This document shows positions 15,376 through 25,952 of a DNA stretch of 64,000 nt, in pieces (positions within the stretch are counted from its first letter, which is position 1; every line of letters starts with the position of its first letter). The translations under genes were made by a program, and so were the position numbers. The stretch comes from an uncultured Chloroflexia bacterium (GTDB lineage Bacteria; Chloroflexota; Limnocylindria; Limnocylindrales; CSP1-4), in NCBI GenBank assembly GCA_963833225.1, contig CAWHXD010000008.1, forward strand, positions 288,001 through 352,000. The letters run 5' to 3'. The notes beneath the pieces are model-generated. The model did no database searches. It was not told where the DNA came from and worked only from the letters and a program-made list of their open reading frames with translations.

Positions 15376-16484
15376 CCTGGCGCGACCACCGGCGGCGCGA
15401 CGGCCCGCCATGGCCCGGCACCGATCGCCCACGGCCGGGCCGGTGGGGCACCGGATCCCGGCGTCATCGCCGAGGGGGCCTGACCTTCCTCGGCTGTCTC
15501 GTCATCGGGATGATCCTGGTCGTGGCGCTCCTGTCCACGCTCGCGACCTGGGTCACCGGGGCGCTGCTCGGCCTGCTGGCCCCCCCGGCGGCTCCGTCGT
15601 CCCTGACCGCGGTCGCGGTGGTCGTGGTGCTCGTTGTCGCGCTCCTCGCCGGCATCCGTGTGCTCGTGACGGCCGTCCGGCCGCTCGGTGAGGTCGCAGC
15701 CGCGACGACCCGCCTGGCCGATGGGGAGCCCGGCGTGCGGGTGGATCCGCGAGGCCCGCGGCCCGTGCGTGGTCTGGGGCTGTCGTTCAACACCATGGCG
15801 GAGCGTCTCGACCGCTCTCGGGACGATCGGCGGTCGCTGCTCGCGGACGTCACCCACGAGCTCCGGACGCCGCTGACCGTCATCCAGGGCGGCCTCGAGG
15901 CCATGCTCGACGGCGTCCACCCCATGGACGAGGATCACCTCTCGCCGATCCTTGCCGAGACCGCCGTGATGGACCGGCTCCTCGATGACCTGCGGACGCT
16001 CTCCCTCGCGGACGCCGGTGCGCTCACCCTTCATCGCGAGCCCGCCGACCTGCCGACCGTCGCCCGGGAAGCCGCCGCCGCCCAGTCGACGATGGCTGCC
16101 GCGAAGCGGGTGGGCCTGCTCGTAACGGGCGGCGCACGCCTGGTCGCGGACGTGGATCCGGTGCGCTATCGCGAGATCGTCGCGAACCTGCTGGCCAACG
16201 CGATCCGCCACACGCCCCCGGGCGGGCGCGTCGAGGCCGATGTCCGCGCGGTCGGCCAGATGGCGGTGCTGACCGTGCATGACACCGGTGAGGGCATCCC
16301 GGCCGGGGACCTCGAGCGCATCTTCGATCGTTACCAGCGCCGATCGGATACCGGCGGGACCGGCCTCGGGCTGGCCATCGTCCGGGACCTCGCCGAGGCG
16401 CACGGCGGCTCAGTCAGCGCCGAGAGTGACGGCGTCCCCGGCCAGGGTGCCAGCTTCCGCGTCGCCATCCCCCTCCGGGATTGA
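15372..16484 (+). CDS. HAMP-domain sensor histidine kinase
   Basis: Two TMs, HAMP, DVTHELRTPL, NLLANAIRH, GTGLGLAI. Confidence 0.95.
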   Translation: MTWRDHRRRDGPPWPGTDRPRPGRWGTGSRRHRRGGLTFLGCLVIGMILVVALLSTLATWVTGALLGLLAPPAAPSSLTAVAVVVVLVVALLAGIRVLVTAVRPLGEVAAATTRLADGEPGVRVDPRGPRPVRGLGLSFNTMAERLDRSRDDRRSLLADVTHELRTPLTVIQGGLEAMLDGVHPMDEDHLSPILAETAVMDRLLDDLRTLSLADAGALTLHREPADLPTVAREAAAAQSTMAAAKRVGLLVTGGARLVADVDPVRYREIVANLLANAIRHTPPGGRVEADVRAVGQMAVLTVHDTGEGIPAGDLERIFDRYQRRSDTGGTGLGLAIVRDLAEAHGGSVSAESDGVPGQGASFRVAIPLRD

Positions 16485-16492
16485 CCCCCCGC

Positions 16493-17371
16493 TCAGGCGA
16501 GGCGGCGCGCCGCAAGCCGGAGCACGCTCAGCCCGATCCCCGTCGCGAGCATGAGCCCGGCCAGCACGAGCAGCGGGATGCTTGACGATCGCGCCGGGGG
16601 CAGCGGCGCTTCGGCGGCCGTTGGCAACCCTGACGCATCCGATGCTCCCGGCAGCCCGGCGAGCCCCCGCCCAGGAGAAGCCAGCTCGGGCAGGGGCGAG
16701 CCCGCCGCAGCCGCGTCGTCGACGCCGCTCGCGTGCGGGGCGCCGACCGGTGCCTCGTCGCCGGGCGAGCGGAGGTGGTCGATGGTGTTGTCCCGATCGT
16801 CGCCGGGCCGCGCACTCGGCCGCGGCGCCTGCAGGACGTCCGGCGCTGCCTCCGCGGAGGCCGACGGCGCGCTCACCTGCGCGGGAGCAACGAAGGCCGG
16901 AGCCTCGGATTCCGTGCTGACGGCACCGGAGCCATCGACCGGCTCACCAGCGGCCTCCGGTCCCGAAACGCCTCCCGCGGTCGGCGCCGTGGCTGCCAGC
17001 GGTGCCCCGAGCGAGCCCGCGACCAGGAGGCCGGCGATGCCCAGGGTGGCGAGCCCGGTGCCGAGCGGGCCGGCGAAGGCGAACCGGGGACCCGCGAAGG
17101 GCTCCAGCAGCCGGCGCCAGGTGGGGGGTCGCAGCCCCGCCGCCTGGGCGGACGTGAGACGGAAGTCGCGAGGCGGCCTGACCGGGGCCGGCAGGGCCGG
17201 CAGGGCCGCGGCGATGACGCGCAGGTCGCGGTGGAGGACGGCGCAGTCGGCACAGCTGGCGACCAGGGTCCGGGCCGCCTCGAGGTCAGCGCCGGTCGCG
17301 TCACCCGCGGCATAGGCGGCAACGAGGAGCCGGTCGTGATCGGCGTGCGGGCTGGCGGGGACGGACGGCAT
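16493..17371 (-). CDS. Putative anti-sigma factor, copy 2
   Basis: N-terminal ZAS-like ..LVASCADC.., RDFRLT motif, TM, Ala/Pro-rich region, C-terminal TM. Confidence 0.7.
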   Translation of the reverse strand: MPSVPASPHADHDRLLVAAYAAGDATGADLEAARTLVASCADCAVLHRDLRVIAAALPALPAPVRPPRDFRLTSAQAAGLRPPTWRRLLEPFAGPRFAFAGPLGTGLATLGIAGLLVAGSLGAPLAATAPTAGGVSGPEAAGEPVDGSGAVSTESEAPAFVAPAQVSAPSASAEAAPDVLQAPRPSARPGDDRDNTIDHLRSPGDEAPVGAPHASGVDDAAAAGSPLPELASPGRGLAGLPGASDASGLPTAAEAPLPPARSSSIPLLVLAGLMLATGIGLSVLRLAARRLA

Positions 17372-17380
17372 GACCCTGCC

Positions 17381-17408
17381 TTGACGAGCCGGCCCCGCCC
17401 GCGGTTCC
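17381..17408 (-). promoter_or_regulatory. ECF sigma-type promoter
   Basis: GGAACC-N16-CGTCAA ending 9 nt upstream of the ATG at 17371. Confidence 0.7.
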
Positions 17409-17409
17409 G

Positions 17410-18189
17410 TCAGCCGAGAACGCCTAGGCGCCGGCCGGCGAGCCGGAGCCCGGCAAGCAACACGCCGGCCACCAGGGCGAGGCCCGAGAGGAGGGGCAGC
17501 GCGTGGCCGGCGACGGCATCCACACCGTCGTCTTCGGCCGAGAGATCGCCCGGGGGCGGCGTTACCGCTTCAGCATTGGGGGCACCCGCCGCATCGCTCC
17601 CAACCGTGGCGCGTTCGGGACCCGGTGCCTCGGACGCCTCGCCGTCGGCCACAGCCGGACCCGCGGGGCCGAGAGCGGGCGAGGCCTCCTCCTGGCGCTT
17701 GAACTCGAGCACGCTCGGCGAGGCGTCCTGCGCCTCCGGCGCAGCCACGGCCGGCGCCGGCTGTGGCACGGCCGCCCCACCCCCCGTCCCTGCTCCCGCG
17801 GTCGGCGCCGTGGCTGCCAGCGGTGCCCCGAGCGAGCCCGCGACCAGGAGGCCGGCGATGCCCAGGGTGGCGAGCCCGGTGCCGAGCGGGCCGGCGAAGG
17901 CGAACCGGGGACCCGCGAAGGGCTCCAGCAGCCGGCGCCAGGTGGGGGGTCGCAGCCCCGCCGCCTGGGCGGACGTGAGACGGAAGTCGCGAGGCCTGAC
18001 CGGGGCCGGCAGGGCCGGCAGGGCCGCGGCGATGACGCGCAGGTCGCGGTGGAGGACGGCGCAGTCGGCACAGCTGGCGACCAGGGTCCGGGCCGCCTCG
18101 AGGTCAGCGCCGGTCGCGTCACCCGCGGCATAGGCGGCAACGAGGAGCCGGTCGTGATCGGCGTGCGGGCTGGCGGGGACGGACGGCAT
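17410..18189 (-). CDS. Putative anti-sigma factor, copy 1
   Basis: Start overlaps the sigma stop (TGATG); same ZAS-like N-terminus and TM as copy 2, different C-terminal half. Confidence 0.72.
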   Translation of the reverse strand: MPSVPASPHADHDRLLVAAYAAGDATGADLEAARTLVASCADCAVLHRDLRVIAAALPALPAPVRPRDFRLTSAQAAGLRPPTWRRLLEPFAGPRFAFAGPLGTGLATLGIAGLLVAGSLGAPLAATAPTAGAGTGGGAAVPQPAPAVAAPEAQDASPSVLEFKRQEEASPALGPAGPAVADGEASEAPGPERATVGSDAAGAPNAEAVTPPPGDLSAEDDGVDAVAGHALPLLSGLALVAGVLLAGLRLAGRRLGVLG

Positions 18190-18806
18190 CAGTCACCCTC
18201 TCCGCGGAACAGGCCCAGGTGGCCCTCGAGACGGTCCCGCAGCGCGAGCCGTCCACGGTGGATCCGCGACTTGACGGTGCCCAGCGAGACCCCGGTGATC
18301 TCGGCGATCTCCGCGTAGTCGTACCCTTCAACGTCGAACAGGACGATGGCCTGGCGCTGGTCGGGGGTGATCGTGGCCAGGGCACCGTTGAGCACGCGGG
18401 TCCGCTCCCCCTGCATCGCGGTCCGGACCGGGTCGGCGTCCTCGCCCGCGGGGGGCTGCCAGCTCTCGTCCTCGAGCTCCGGGTACGGCTGTGATGGGCG
18501 ACGCTTCTTGAGCCGCTGCATGTCCATGGCGGCGTTGATCGCGATCCTGCTGAGCCAGGAGCGAACGCTGCCGCCGCGGAAGGACCGCATGTTGCGGTAC
18601 GCGGAGAAGAACGCCTCCTGGACCGCGTCCGACGCCTGGTCCCGATCCGGGACCATCCGCGCAACGAGGCTGTAGAGGTGGTCCTGGTAGCACTCGACGA
18701 GGCTGTTGAAGGCGTCGAGGCTGCCCTCCCGCGCCTGCTCCATCAGGATCAGGTCACGGCGTTGGACCGGGTCGTCGACGGCCTCCGTCGGCCGGGCGTC
18801 CTGCAC
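18189..18806 (-). CDS. ECF-family RNA polymerase sigma factor (start uncertain)
   Basis: DAVQEAFFSAYR...WLSRIAIN (region 2); YAEIAEITGVSLGTVKSRIHRGR (region 4); AGGAGG upstream of GTG 18806. Confidence 0.92.
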   Translation of the reverse strand: MQDARPTEAVDDPVQRRDLILMEQAREGSLDAFNSLVECYQDHLYSLVARMVPDRDQASDAVQEAFFSAYRNMRSFRGGSVRSWLSRIAINAAMDMQRLKKRRPSQPYPELEDESWQPPAGEDADPVRTAMQGERTRVLNGALATITPDQRQAIVLFDVEGYDYAEIAEITGVSLGTVKSRIHRGRLALRDRLEGHLGLFRGEGD

Positions 18807-18940
18807 GACGGGCGCGGCCCTCCTGGCGGCGATGGTGAGGCGCGCCGAGTCTAGCATCGGGGTGCGGTCTGGCTGGGCATCCTCCCGGGGACGCCCTGCC
18901 GGCGCCACCGGTTCCCGCTCCGCTACGATGACCTGGCCAT

Positions 18941-19026
18941 GGCGAAGTGGCGGAATGGCAGACGCGGCGGTCTCAAACACCGCTGAGGGCAACCTCGTGT
19001 GGGTTCGAATCCCACCTTCGCTACCA
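18941..19026 (+). tRNA. tRNA-Leu(CAA)
   Basis: GGCGAAG acceptor stem, GCGGT-CTCAAAC-ACCGC anticodon arm, long variable arm, GGTTCGAATCC, encoded CCA. Confidence 0.95.
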
Positions 19027-19083
19027 GCGCTCGGGCCGCGACCGGCCCGAGAATGCCTCCAGCCGCACCCGGAGCCTGGTCTG

Positions 19084-19659
19084 TTGAGCCTCTTCCGTCG
19101 TGTCCTCGGCCTTGATGAGCCGGCCTCGCCCGACGTCCCGGGTGACCCGAACGCGCCCCTGCCGGCGTCCGTGCCCGGCGACACCCAGAGCGTCCGCCTG
19201 TTGTCCGCCAGGCTCTCGATGCTGCCGCCGGCCCGCGCCCGCCACCTCGCGGCGTTTGCCTACCTGCTGGGGCGCGCGGCCCAGGCGACCGACGGGATGA
19301 ACGACGCGGAGCGGGCCGAGATGCGCCGGATCGTCGCGGCCGAAGGGCTCGACGCCGCGAGCGCCGACCTGATCGTGGATCTCGCCGGCGGGCTCGCGGG
19401 CTCGTTCGGGGCGACCGAGGACTACCTGGTCACGCGCGAGTTCAAGTCGATCTCGACCGCGGATGAGCGCAGGACCCTGCTCCGGTGCTGCTACCTCGTG
19501 ATGGCGGCTGACGACGAGATCGACGCCACCGAGTCGTGGCTGGCCAACCGCCTCGCCGAGGAGCTGGACGTCGAGCGCCCGGATCTCAACGCCATCCGCG
19601 CCGAGTTCCACGAGCAGCTCTCGGGCGTGCGCGCCGTCCGCGACCTCCAGCAGGGCTGA
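19084..19659 (+). CDS. TerB-family protein
   Basis: AAQATDGMNDAERAEM...VMAADDEIDATESWLANRLAEEL. Confidence 0.75.
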   Translation: MSLFRRVLGLDEPASPDVPGDPNAPLPASVPGDTQSVRLLSARLSMLPPARARHLAAFAYLLGRAAQATDGMNDAERAEMRRIVAAEGLDAASADLIVDLAGGLAGSFGATEDYLVTREFKSISTADERRTLLRCCYLVMAADDEIDATESWLANRLAEELDVERPDLNAIRAEFHEQLSGVRAVRDLQQG

Positions 19660-19684
19660 CCCTCGAGGAAAGCGGACGGGCTCC

Positions 19685-22600
19685 TCAGCTCAGCTGGATG
19701 TCGATGACGCCGTCGCCGACGCGGCGGCGAACCTCGGCCTCGAGCTCGGCGTCGTACGCCACGCCACGCAGCTCCATCGGCAGCGCGGACCCGCCGGGCG
19801 CCGGCACGTGGACCACGACGCGAGTTGCACCGGGACGCTCGCGGAGCAGCGCCTTGAAGGCCTGCATCGCCGACACGACGCGGTCGGTGCCCGCCTCGCG
19901 GGTGAACCGGACGTTGAGCACGGCCCCGGCGGCTGCCTCGACCGGCCGGGACGGCGCCTGGGCCGCCCGGGCAGCGCGCAGCCGCTCCTCCTCGGGGAGC
20001 GGGGCCTCCTCCGATCCACCCGGGCCGCCGGCATCGGCCGCCGATGCGAGGTCGGGCGGCTCCGAGTAGGCGGGCAGCGGCTCGGCGGGCCGGATCGGCG
20101 GCAACGGTGAGCGGGCCGGCTCCTGGGCCACGGCTCCGCGGAGCGGGCTCGCCGCCCAGGCTTCGACCGGACGTGGCCCGCTGCCGGCGTCGGATGGACG
20201 GCGCCCGCCGCCTGTTCCGCCCCCGCCACCACTGCCGTTGGCGCCTCCGGGACCGCGTCGAGCCCGCTTGTCAAGCGACCCGACCTCGCGGGCGAACGCC
20301 TCGGGTCCGCGCTCGGCAACGGTGTCCCAGTCCCAGACCGAAATCCGCCAGCAGCGAGGCCTCGTCGCCCCGATGATCGACACGACCGGCAACCAGCAGG
20401 ATCGCGCCATCGCGCCAGGTGCCGGCCGTGGTCTCGTAGGTCCTGGGGAAGACCACTACCTCGAGGGTGCCCTGGAGGTCCTCGAGCGTGACCACGGACA
20501 TCGTGGACCGCGCCTTGGTCAGGATGGTCCGGATGCCGGTGACGATGCCACCCAGGACCACGCGCTGGCCATCGAGCAATTCGTCCTTGAGGTCTCCGCT
20601 GTAGGCCGTGACGTACTCCCCGACCCGCTCGGCGACCTCGCCCATCGGATGGTCGGAGAGGTAGAGCCCCATCAGCTCCTTCTCCCAGCGGAGACGCTCG
20701 CGGACCGGCGTCTCCGGCGTGGCTGGCAGCGGTCGCTCCAGCGTTGCCGCCTCGTCGCCTCCCATCTCGAACAAGGACGTCTGACCGCTGATGCGATCCC
20801 GCTGCGCCGCCTGGCCGGCCGCAAGCGCATCGTCAAGGCCAAGCAGGATCTGGGCCGGGTAGCCGAGCATGTTGAGCGCCCCGACCCGGGCCAGCGACTC
20901 CAGCACCTTGCGGTTGGCCAACCGCAGATCCACCCGCGTGCAGAAGTCCGTGAGCGAGCGGAAGTCGCCGCCCTCCTCGCGCGCGTCGATGATCGACTGG
21001 ATCGCGCTCTCGCCCACGTTCTTGACGGCCAGCAGCCCGAAGCGGATCGCGTCGTCCTCGACCGTGAACCCGAGGTGCGAGCGATGGACGTCCGGGGTCC
21101 GCACGTCGATGCCCAGCCGCCGGCACTCGGCGACGGCCGCGGCGACCTTCTCCGCGTTGTCGCGGAACGCCGTCAGCACCGACGTCATGTACTCGACCGT
21201 GAAGTTGGCCTTGAGGTACGCGGTCTGGTACGCGATCAGCCCGTAGCACGTGGCATGGGCCTTGTTGAAGCCGTAGCGCTCGAACGGCTCGAACGCTTTG
21301 AACACCGCGTCGATCGTCTGGGCCGGGACCCCGCGCTCGGCCGCCTGGGTGACGAACTTGTCCTTCATCGACCGCAGGACCGACGACTTCTTCTTGCGGA
21401 TCGCGTAGCCCAGCGTGTCCGCCTCGGGGCCCGTGAACCCGCCGAGGGCCATGGCCGCGGCCATGATGTCCTCCTGGTACACGAAGATCCCGTACGTCCG
21501 GTTCAGGAACGGCTCCAGCAGCGGGTGGAGGTAGACGACCGGCTCCTGGCCGTGCTTGCGCCGGATGTAGGAGGGGATGTTGTCCATGGGGCCCGGCCGG
21601 TACAGCGCGACCATCGCTGCCAGGTCGAACACCGATGACGGCTGGAGCTCGCGCACGTAGCGCCGCATGCCCGCGGACTCCAGCTGGAACACGCCGGTCG
21701 TCTCGCCCGACGCGAGGAGCTCGAACGTCTTCCCATCGTCGAGCGGGATCGTCTCGAGGTCCACGACCACGCCCCGGTGCTCGCGGATGAGCTCCACCGC
21801 CTTGCGCAGGATGGTGAGGTTGGACAGGCCCAGGAAGTCGAACTTGAGCAGCCCGAGCGCCTCGATGCCGTGCATCTCGTACTGGGTCATGAGCGCGTCC
21901 GAGTTGGTCGCCTTCTGGAGCGGCATCAGCTCGGTGAGCGGCTCGCGGCTGATCACCACCCCGGCGGCATGCGTGGATGCGTTCCGCGCGACGCCCTCCA
22001 GCTGGCGCGCGAGGCCCAGCAGCTTCGCGATCTGGGGGTCGCCGTCCTGCATGTCCTTGAGCTGGGGCGACAGCTGGACCGCTTCCTCGAGCTTGATGCC
22101 AAGCTGGTTGGGAACCGCCTTCGCGATCCGGTCCACATCCCCATAGCTCATGCCCAGGACGCGACCCACGTCCCGGATCGCTGCCCGCGCGAGCATCGTG
22201 CCGAACGTGATGATCTGGGCCACGTGGTCCTGGCCGTACTTGCGGCTGACGTAGTTGATGACCTCGTCCCGGCGCTCGTCCTCGAAGTCCACGTCGATGT
22301 CGGGCATCGTCACCCGGTCCGGGTTGAGGAAGCGCTCGAACGGGAGCCCGTAGTGGAGCGGGTCAACGGGGGTGATGCCCAGCGTGTAGGTCACGATGGA
22401 CCCGGGCGCCGAGCCCCGGCAGGTGGTTGCGATCCCCTGCTGCCGGGCGAACTGCACGAAGTCGGCCACGATCAGGAAGTAGCCCGCGTAGCCCATCGAG
22501 ATGATCACGCCCAGCTCGTAGTCCAGGCGCTGCTGCAGCTCCGGCGTGATCCCGCCGTAGCGTCGGACGAGCCCCGCCTCGCACTCCTTGCGCAGCCACG

Positions 22601-23498
22601 TCTCCACGGTCTCGCCCTCGGGCACCGGGAAGTGCGGGATCCGCAGCTCGCCCAGCGGGAGCTTGAGGTCCACCATGTCCGCGATCCGGCGCGTGTTGAG
22701 ATATGCCTCACGCTGGTCCGGGAAGAGCGCGAACATCTCGGCCGCGGTCTTGAGGTAGAACTCCTGGCCCTCGAACCGCATCCGGTTGGGCGTGTCGAGG
22801 TTGCTCCCGGTGCCCACGCACAGCAGGACGTCGTGCGCCTCGTGCTGCGGCTGGTGGACGTAGTGCAGATCGTTGGTGACGACGAGCGGCAGGTCCATCT
22901 CCGGAGCGAGGCGGAGGAGCTGCTCGTTGAGGCGGCGCTGCTCGGGGATGCCGTGGTCCTGGAGCTCCAGGTAGAAGCGGTCCTTGCCCAGGATGTCGCT
23001 GTACTCACCCGCCAGCCGGCGGGCCAGCTCCCAGTCGTCCACCTCGAGCGCCTTGGGGATCTCGCCACCCAGGCAGGCCGACATTCCAACCAGGCCCTCG
23101 CTGTGCTTCGCGAGGTGCTCCCGGTCGATCCGCGGCTTGTAGTAGTAGCCGTCGATGTGGGCGTCGGTGATCAGCCGGTTGAGGTTCTGGTAGCCCGTCA
23201 TGTCCGTCGCGAGGAGGACCAGGTGGAAGGGCTGGCTGTCCGCCTTGCCCTCCTTGTCCGTCATGGATCGCCGCGCCACGTAGGTCTCGACGCCGATGAT
23301 CGGCTTGATCCCCGCCTTGGTGGCGGCCTGGTAGAACGCGACCGAGCCGTAGAGGGCGCCATGGTCGGTGACGGCGAGGCTGTCGAACCCGTGCTTCACC
23401 GAGGTGTCGACGAGGTCGGTGATCCGTCCCAGCCCGTCGAGCAGGCTGAACTCCGAGTGGGTGTGGAGGTGGACGAAGTCGTTCGGAGCGATGGTCAT
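19685..23498 (-). CDS. dnaE: DNA polymerase III alpha subunit (frameshift near 20345)
   Basis: FVHLHTHSEFSLLDG; MPDIDVDF; STHAAGVVI; YGFNKAHA; QTSLF clamp motif; OB fold. Confidence 0.96.
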
Positions 23499-23693
23499 CG
23501 GGAGGGCAATGGTACCGGGAGGACCGTCGTTCCTCACCGTCATCGCCCGACCGCTCCGGGCGCGTTCGGCCGACCGGCTACGCTGATGGGGTCGCTGTGG
23601 AGACTGCCCAGCCATTCGCCGACCGGCCTGTGGCGCGCCGGCAGCCGGAGGTTGGCCGAGGGAGCGGGCAGTGGCTCGGGAGGTGACCGGCTC

Positions 23694-24986
23694 GTGGGCA
23701 ACGCAGGCAACGGCAAGATCGGGTTCTGGGCGGTGGTCGCCATCGGCGTCGGCGGGATGGTCGGGGGCGGGATCTTCGCGGTCCTGGGCCTGGCCGTGCA
23801 GCTGGCGCACGGCGGCACGCCGGTGGCCTTCGCGCTGGCGGGCGTCGTGGCGCTGCTCACCACGTACTCGTACACGAAGCTCTCGGTCGCCTACCCGAGC
23901 CGCGGAGGGACGGTCACGTTCCTGGATCGCGTCTTCGGGTCCGGCATGTTGACCGGCAGCCTCAACGTTCTGCTGTGGCTGAGCTACGTCGTGATGCTCT
24001 CGTTGTACGCATTCGCGTTCGGCAGCTATGGCGCAACGTTCCTGCCACAGGCCTGGCAGGGAATTGGAACGCACGTCCTGATCAGCCTCAGCGTGATCAC
24101 GATCGGCGGGCTGAACCTGCTCAGCGCCGAGCTGATCGGGAGGGCGGAGAGCTGGATCGTGGGCCTGAAGGTCGCGATCCTGCTGTTCTTCGTCGGCGCC
24201 GGCCTGACCGGCATCAACACCGGCCAGCTCGCGCCAGGCACCTGGTCGCCGCCCCTGCAGCTGGCGGCAGGCGGGATGATCATCTTCCTCGCCTACGAAG
24301 GCTTCGAGCTGATCGCCAACACGGCGCAGGACGTCAACGACGCGGCTCGGACGCTGCCGCGCGCGTACTTCACGGCGGTCGGGTTCGTGATCGCGCTCTA
24401 TGTCCTGGTCGCGCTCGTCACGTCGGCAATCTGCCGGTGGACAGGATCGTGGCGGCCAAGGACTACGCGCTGGCGGAAGCGGCCCGACCGTTTCTCGGAC
24501 AGACCGGCTTCACGCTGATCGCGATCGCCGCGATGCTGTCCACGGCCTCGGCGATCAATGCCACGCTCTACGGCGCGGCGCGCCTGAGCTACAGCATCGC
24601 GCGCGACGGCGAGCTGCCGGCGACGCTGGAGCGCAAGGTGTGGGGCCAGCCGTTCGAGGGACTGCTGATCACGGCCGGGTTGACGCTGCTGATCGCCAAC
24701 GTGTTTGACCTGACCAGCATCGCGACGCTGGGCAGCGCGGGCTTCCTGCTGATCTTCGCCGCGGTGAACGCCGCCAACGCGCGGCACGCGTCCCACGCCG
24801 GCAGTCGCGTCTGGATCTCGGTCGTCGGGGCCGGCGCGTGCCTCGTTGCGCTGAGTGCCCTGATCTGGCAGACGACAACGACCTCACCCGCCAAGCTGTG
24901 GATCCTGGCCGCGATGCTCGCACTGGCGCCTGGCGATCGAGGGGGCCTATCGGCTGGCGAAGCGAGAGCTCCGCCTGGACGCGTAG
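23694..24986 (+). CDS. APC-family amino acid permease (frameshifted near 24425; 3' end uncertain)
   Basis: IGVGGMVGGGIF; FLAYEGFELIAN; SAINATLYG; many TMs. Confidence 0.85.
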
Positions 24987-25114
24987 GTGGTGGTGTCAGG
25001 GCTGGGCCAGGGCCGTGATGGCGGGCTGCAAGGGCTGCGTCGCGATCCCACTGGCGGGTCCCAGGACCTCAGGGGGCTGGCGGATCCGGGGTCGCGGTGT
25101 CACGGTGCACGCAC

Positions 25115-25891
25115 ATGACCGCTCGCATTCGCGTCGTCCGCCTGGTGATCGTGGCCCTGGCCGGGCTCCTGCTGGCCCTCGCGATTGTCACGATCGGCCG
25201 CGTGATCCTCACGCCCCATCGCACCACGCCCGTGTATGACCCGCCGGTGCTTGCCGGCCAGTGGATCCCGGGCTATTGCTCGGCCGGCGTCTATGCGCGG
25301 CTCGGAGGCTCCGTCGTGCTCACGTCGTCCCCGCACTGCGCGGATGAGGGCACGGTGGCCACGTCGCCGGACGGGACCGTCCAGGGCGTCTTCGGGCCGA
25401 CGGCCACGGAGTCCGCGTGCGCGCACCCCGACCACACGTGCAAGCCATCGGACATGAACTCCCTCATCGTGGCGCCCGACCGTATCCCCTGGGGCCATCT
25501 CAACGAGATCGACCTGGGAACGGGCGGCTACCGGATCCTCGCGCCGGATACGCGGCCGCTGGGATGCGCCGACATCGCCGTCGACGATCCGATCGAGATG
25601 GACGGCCGGGGCAGCTACCGCACCGGGACCGTGGCCGGGATCGGCGAGTATCTCCACCCGACCGATCAGGACGGGGACTACTTCGCGTGCCTGATCGTCT
25701 CGCGCCTCCAGGTGGGCAGCGGTGACTCCGGCAGCGTGGTGCTCGTGCGGGGGATCCCGGCCGGGGTCACCTCGCGCAGCCTGGACGGCAACCTGGGGTT
25801 CACCCCGCTGGCGGAGGGCCTGTCCGTGCTGGGCCTTGAGCTGTGCACCACTCCGGATTGCGGGCTGACCCCTCCCACCGCGTCGAGGTGA
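25115..25891 (+). CDS. Membrane-anchored or secreted trypsin-like (S1) serine protease
   Basis: N-terminal TM; CSAG...LTSSPHC (His), PSDM (Asp), GDSGS (Ser); several Cys. Confidence 0.6.
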   Translation: MTARIRVVRLVIVALAGLLLALAIVTIGRVILTPHRTTPVYDPPVLAGQWIPGYCSAGVYARLGGSVVLTSSPHCADEGTVATSPDGTVQGVFGPTATESACAHPDHTCKPSDMNSLIVAPDRIPWGHLNEIDLGTGGYRILAPDTRPLGCADIAVDDPIEMDGRGSYRTGTVAGIGEYLHPTDQDGDYFACLIVSRLQVGSGDSGSVVLVRGIPAGVTSRSLDGNLGFTPLAEGLSVLGLELCTTPDCGLTPPTASR

Positions 25892-25952
25892 AGCCGGTGC
25901 GCACCCCGTCGCTCTCCGCTCGACGCCGGGGCTGGAGGGTTCGCGGTCTGCG

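Larger units (their letters stand above)
16972..18189. repeat. ~400-bp direct repeat: 16972-17371 and 17793-18189
   Basis: Copies identical on visual alignment except a 3-nt in-frame insertion (ggc) near 17173. Confidence 0.95.

Noticed and set aside
16972-18189. DGR template/variable repeat pair
   Set aside because: No adenine-specific mismatches, no reverse transcriptase in the window, and the repeat covers the 5' rather than the 3' end of the genes.
18941-19659. Genomic island integrated at tRNA-Leu
   Set aside because: No integrase and no duplicated tRNA 3' end; only a terB gene lies before dnaE.
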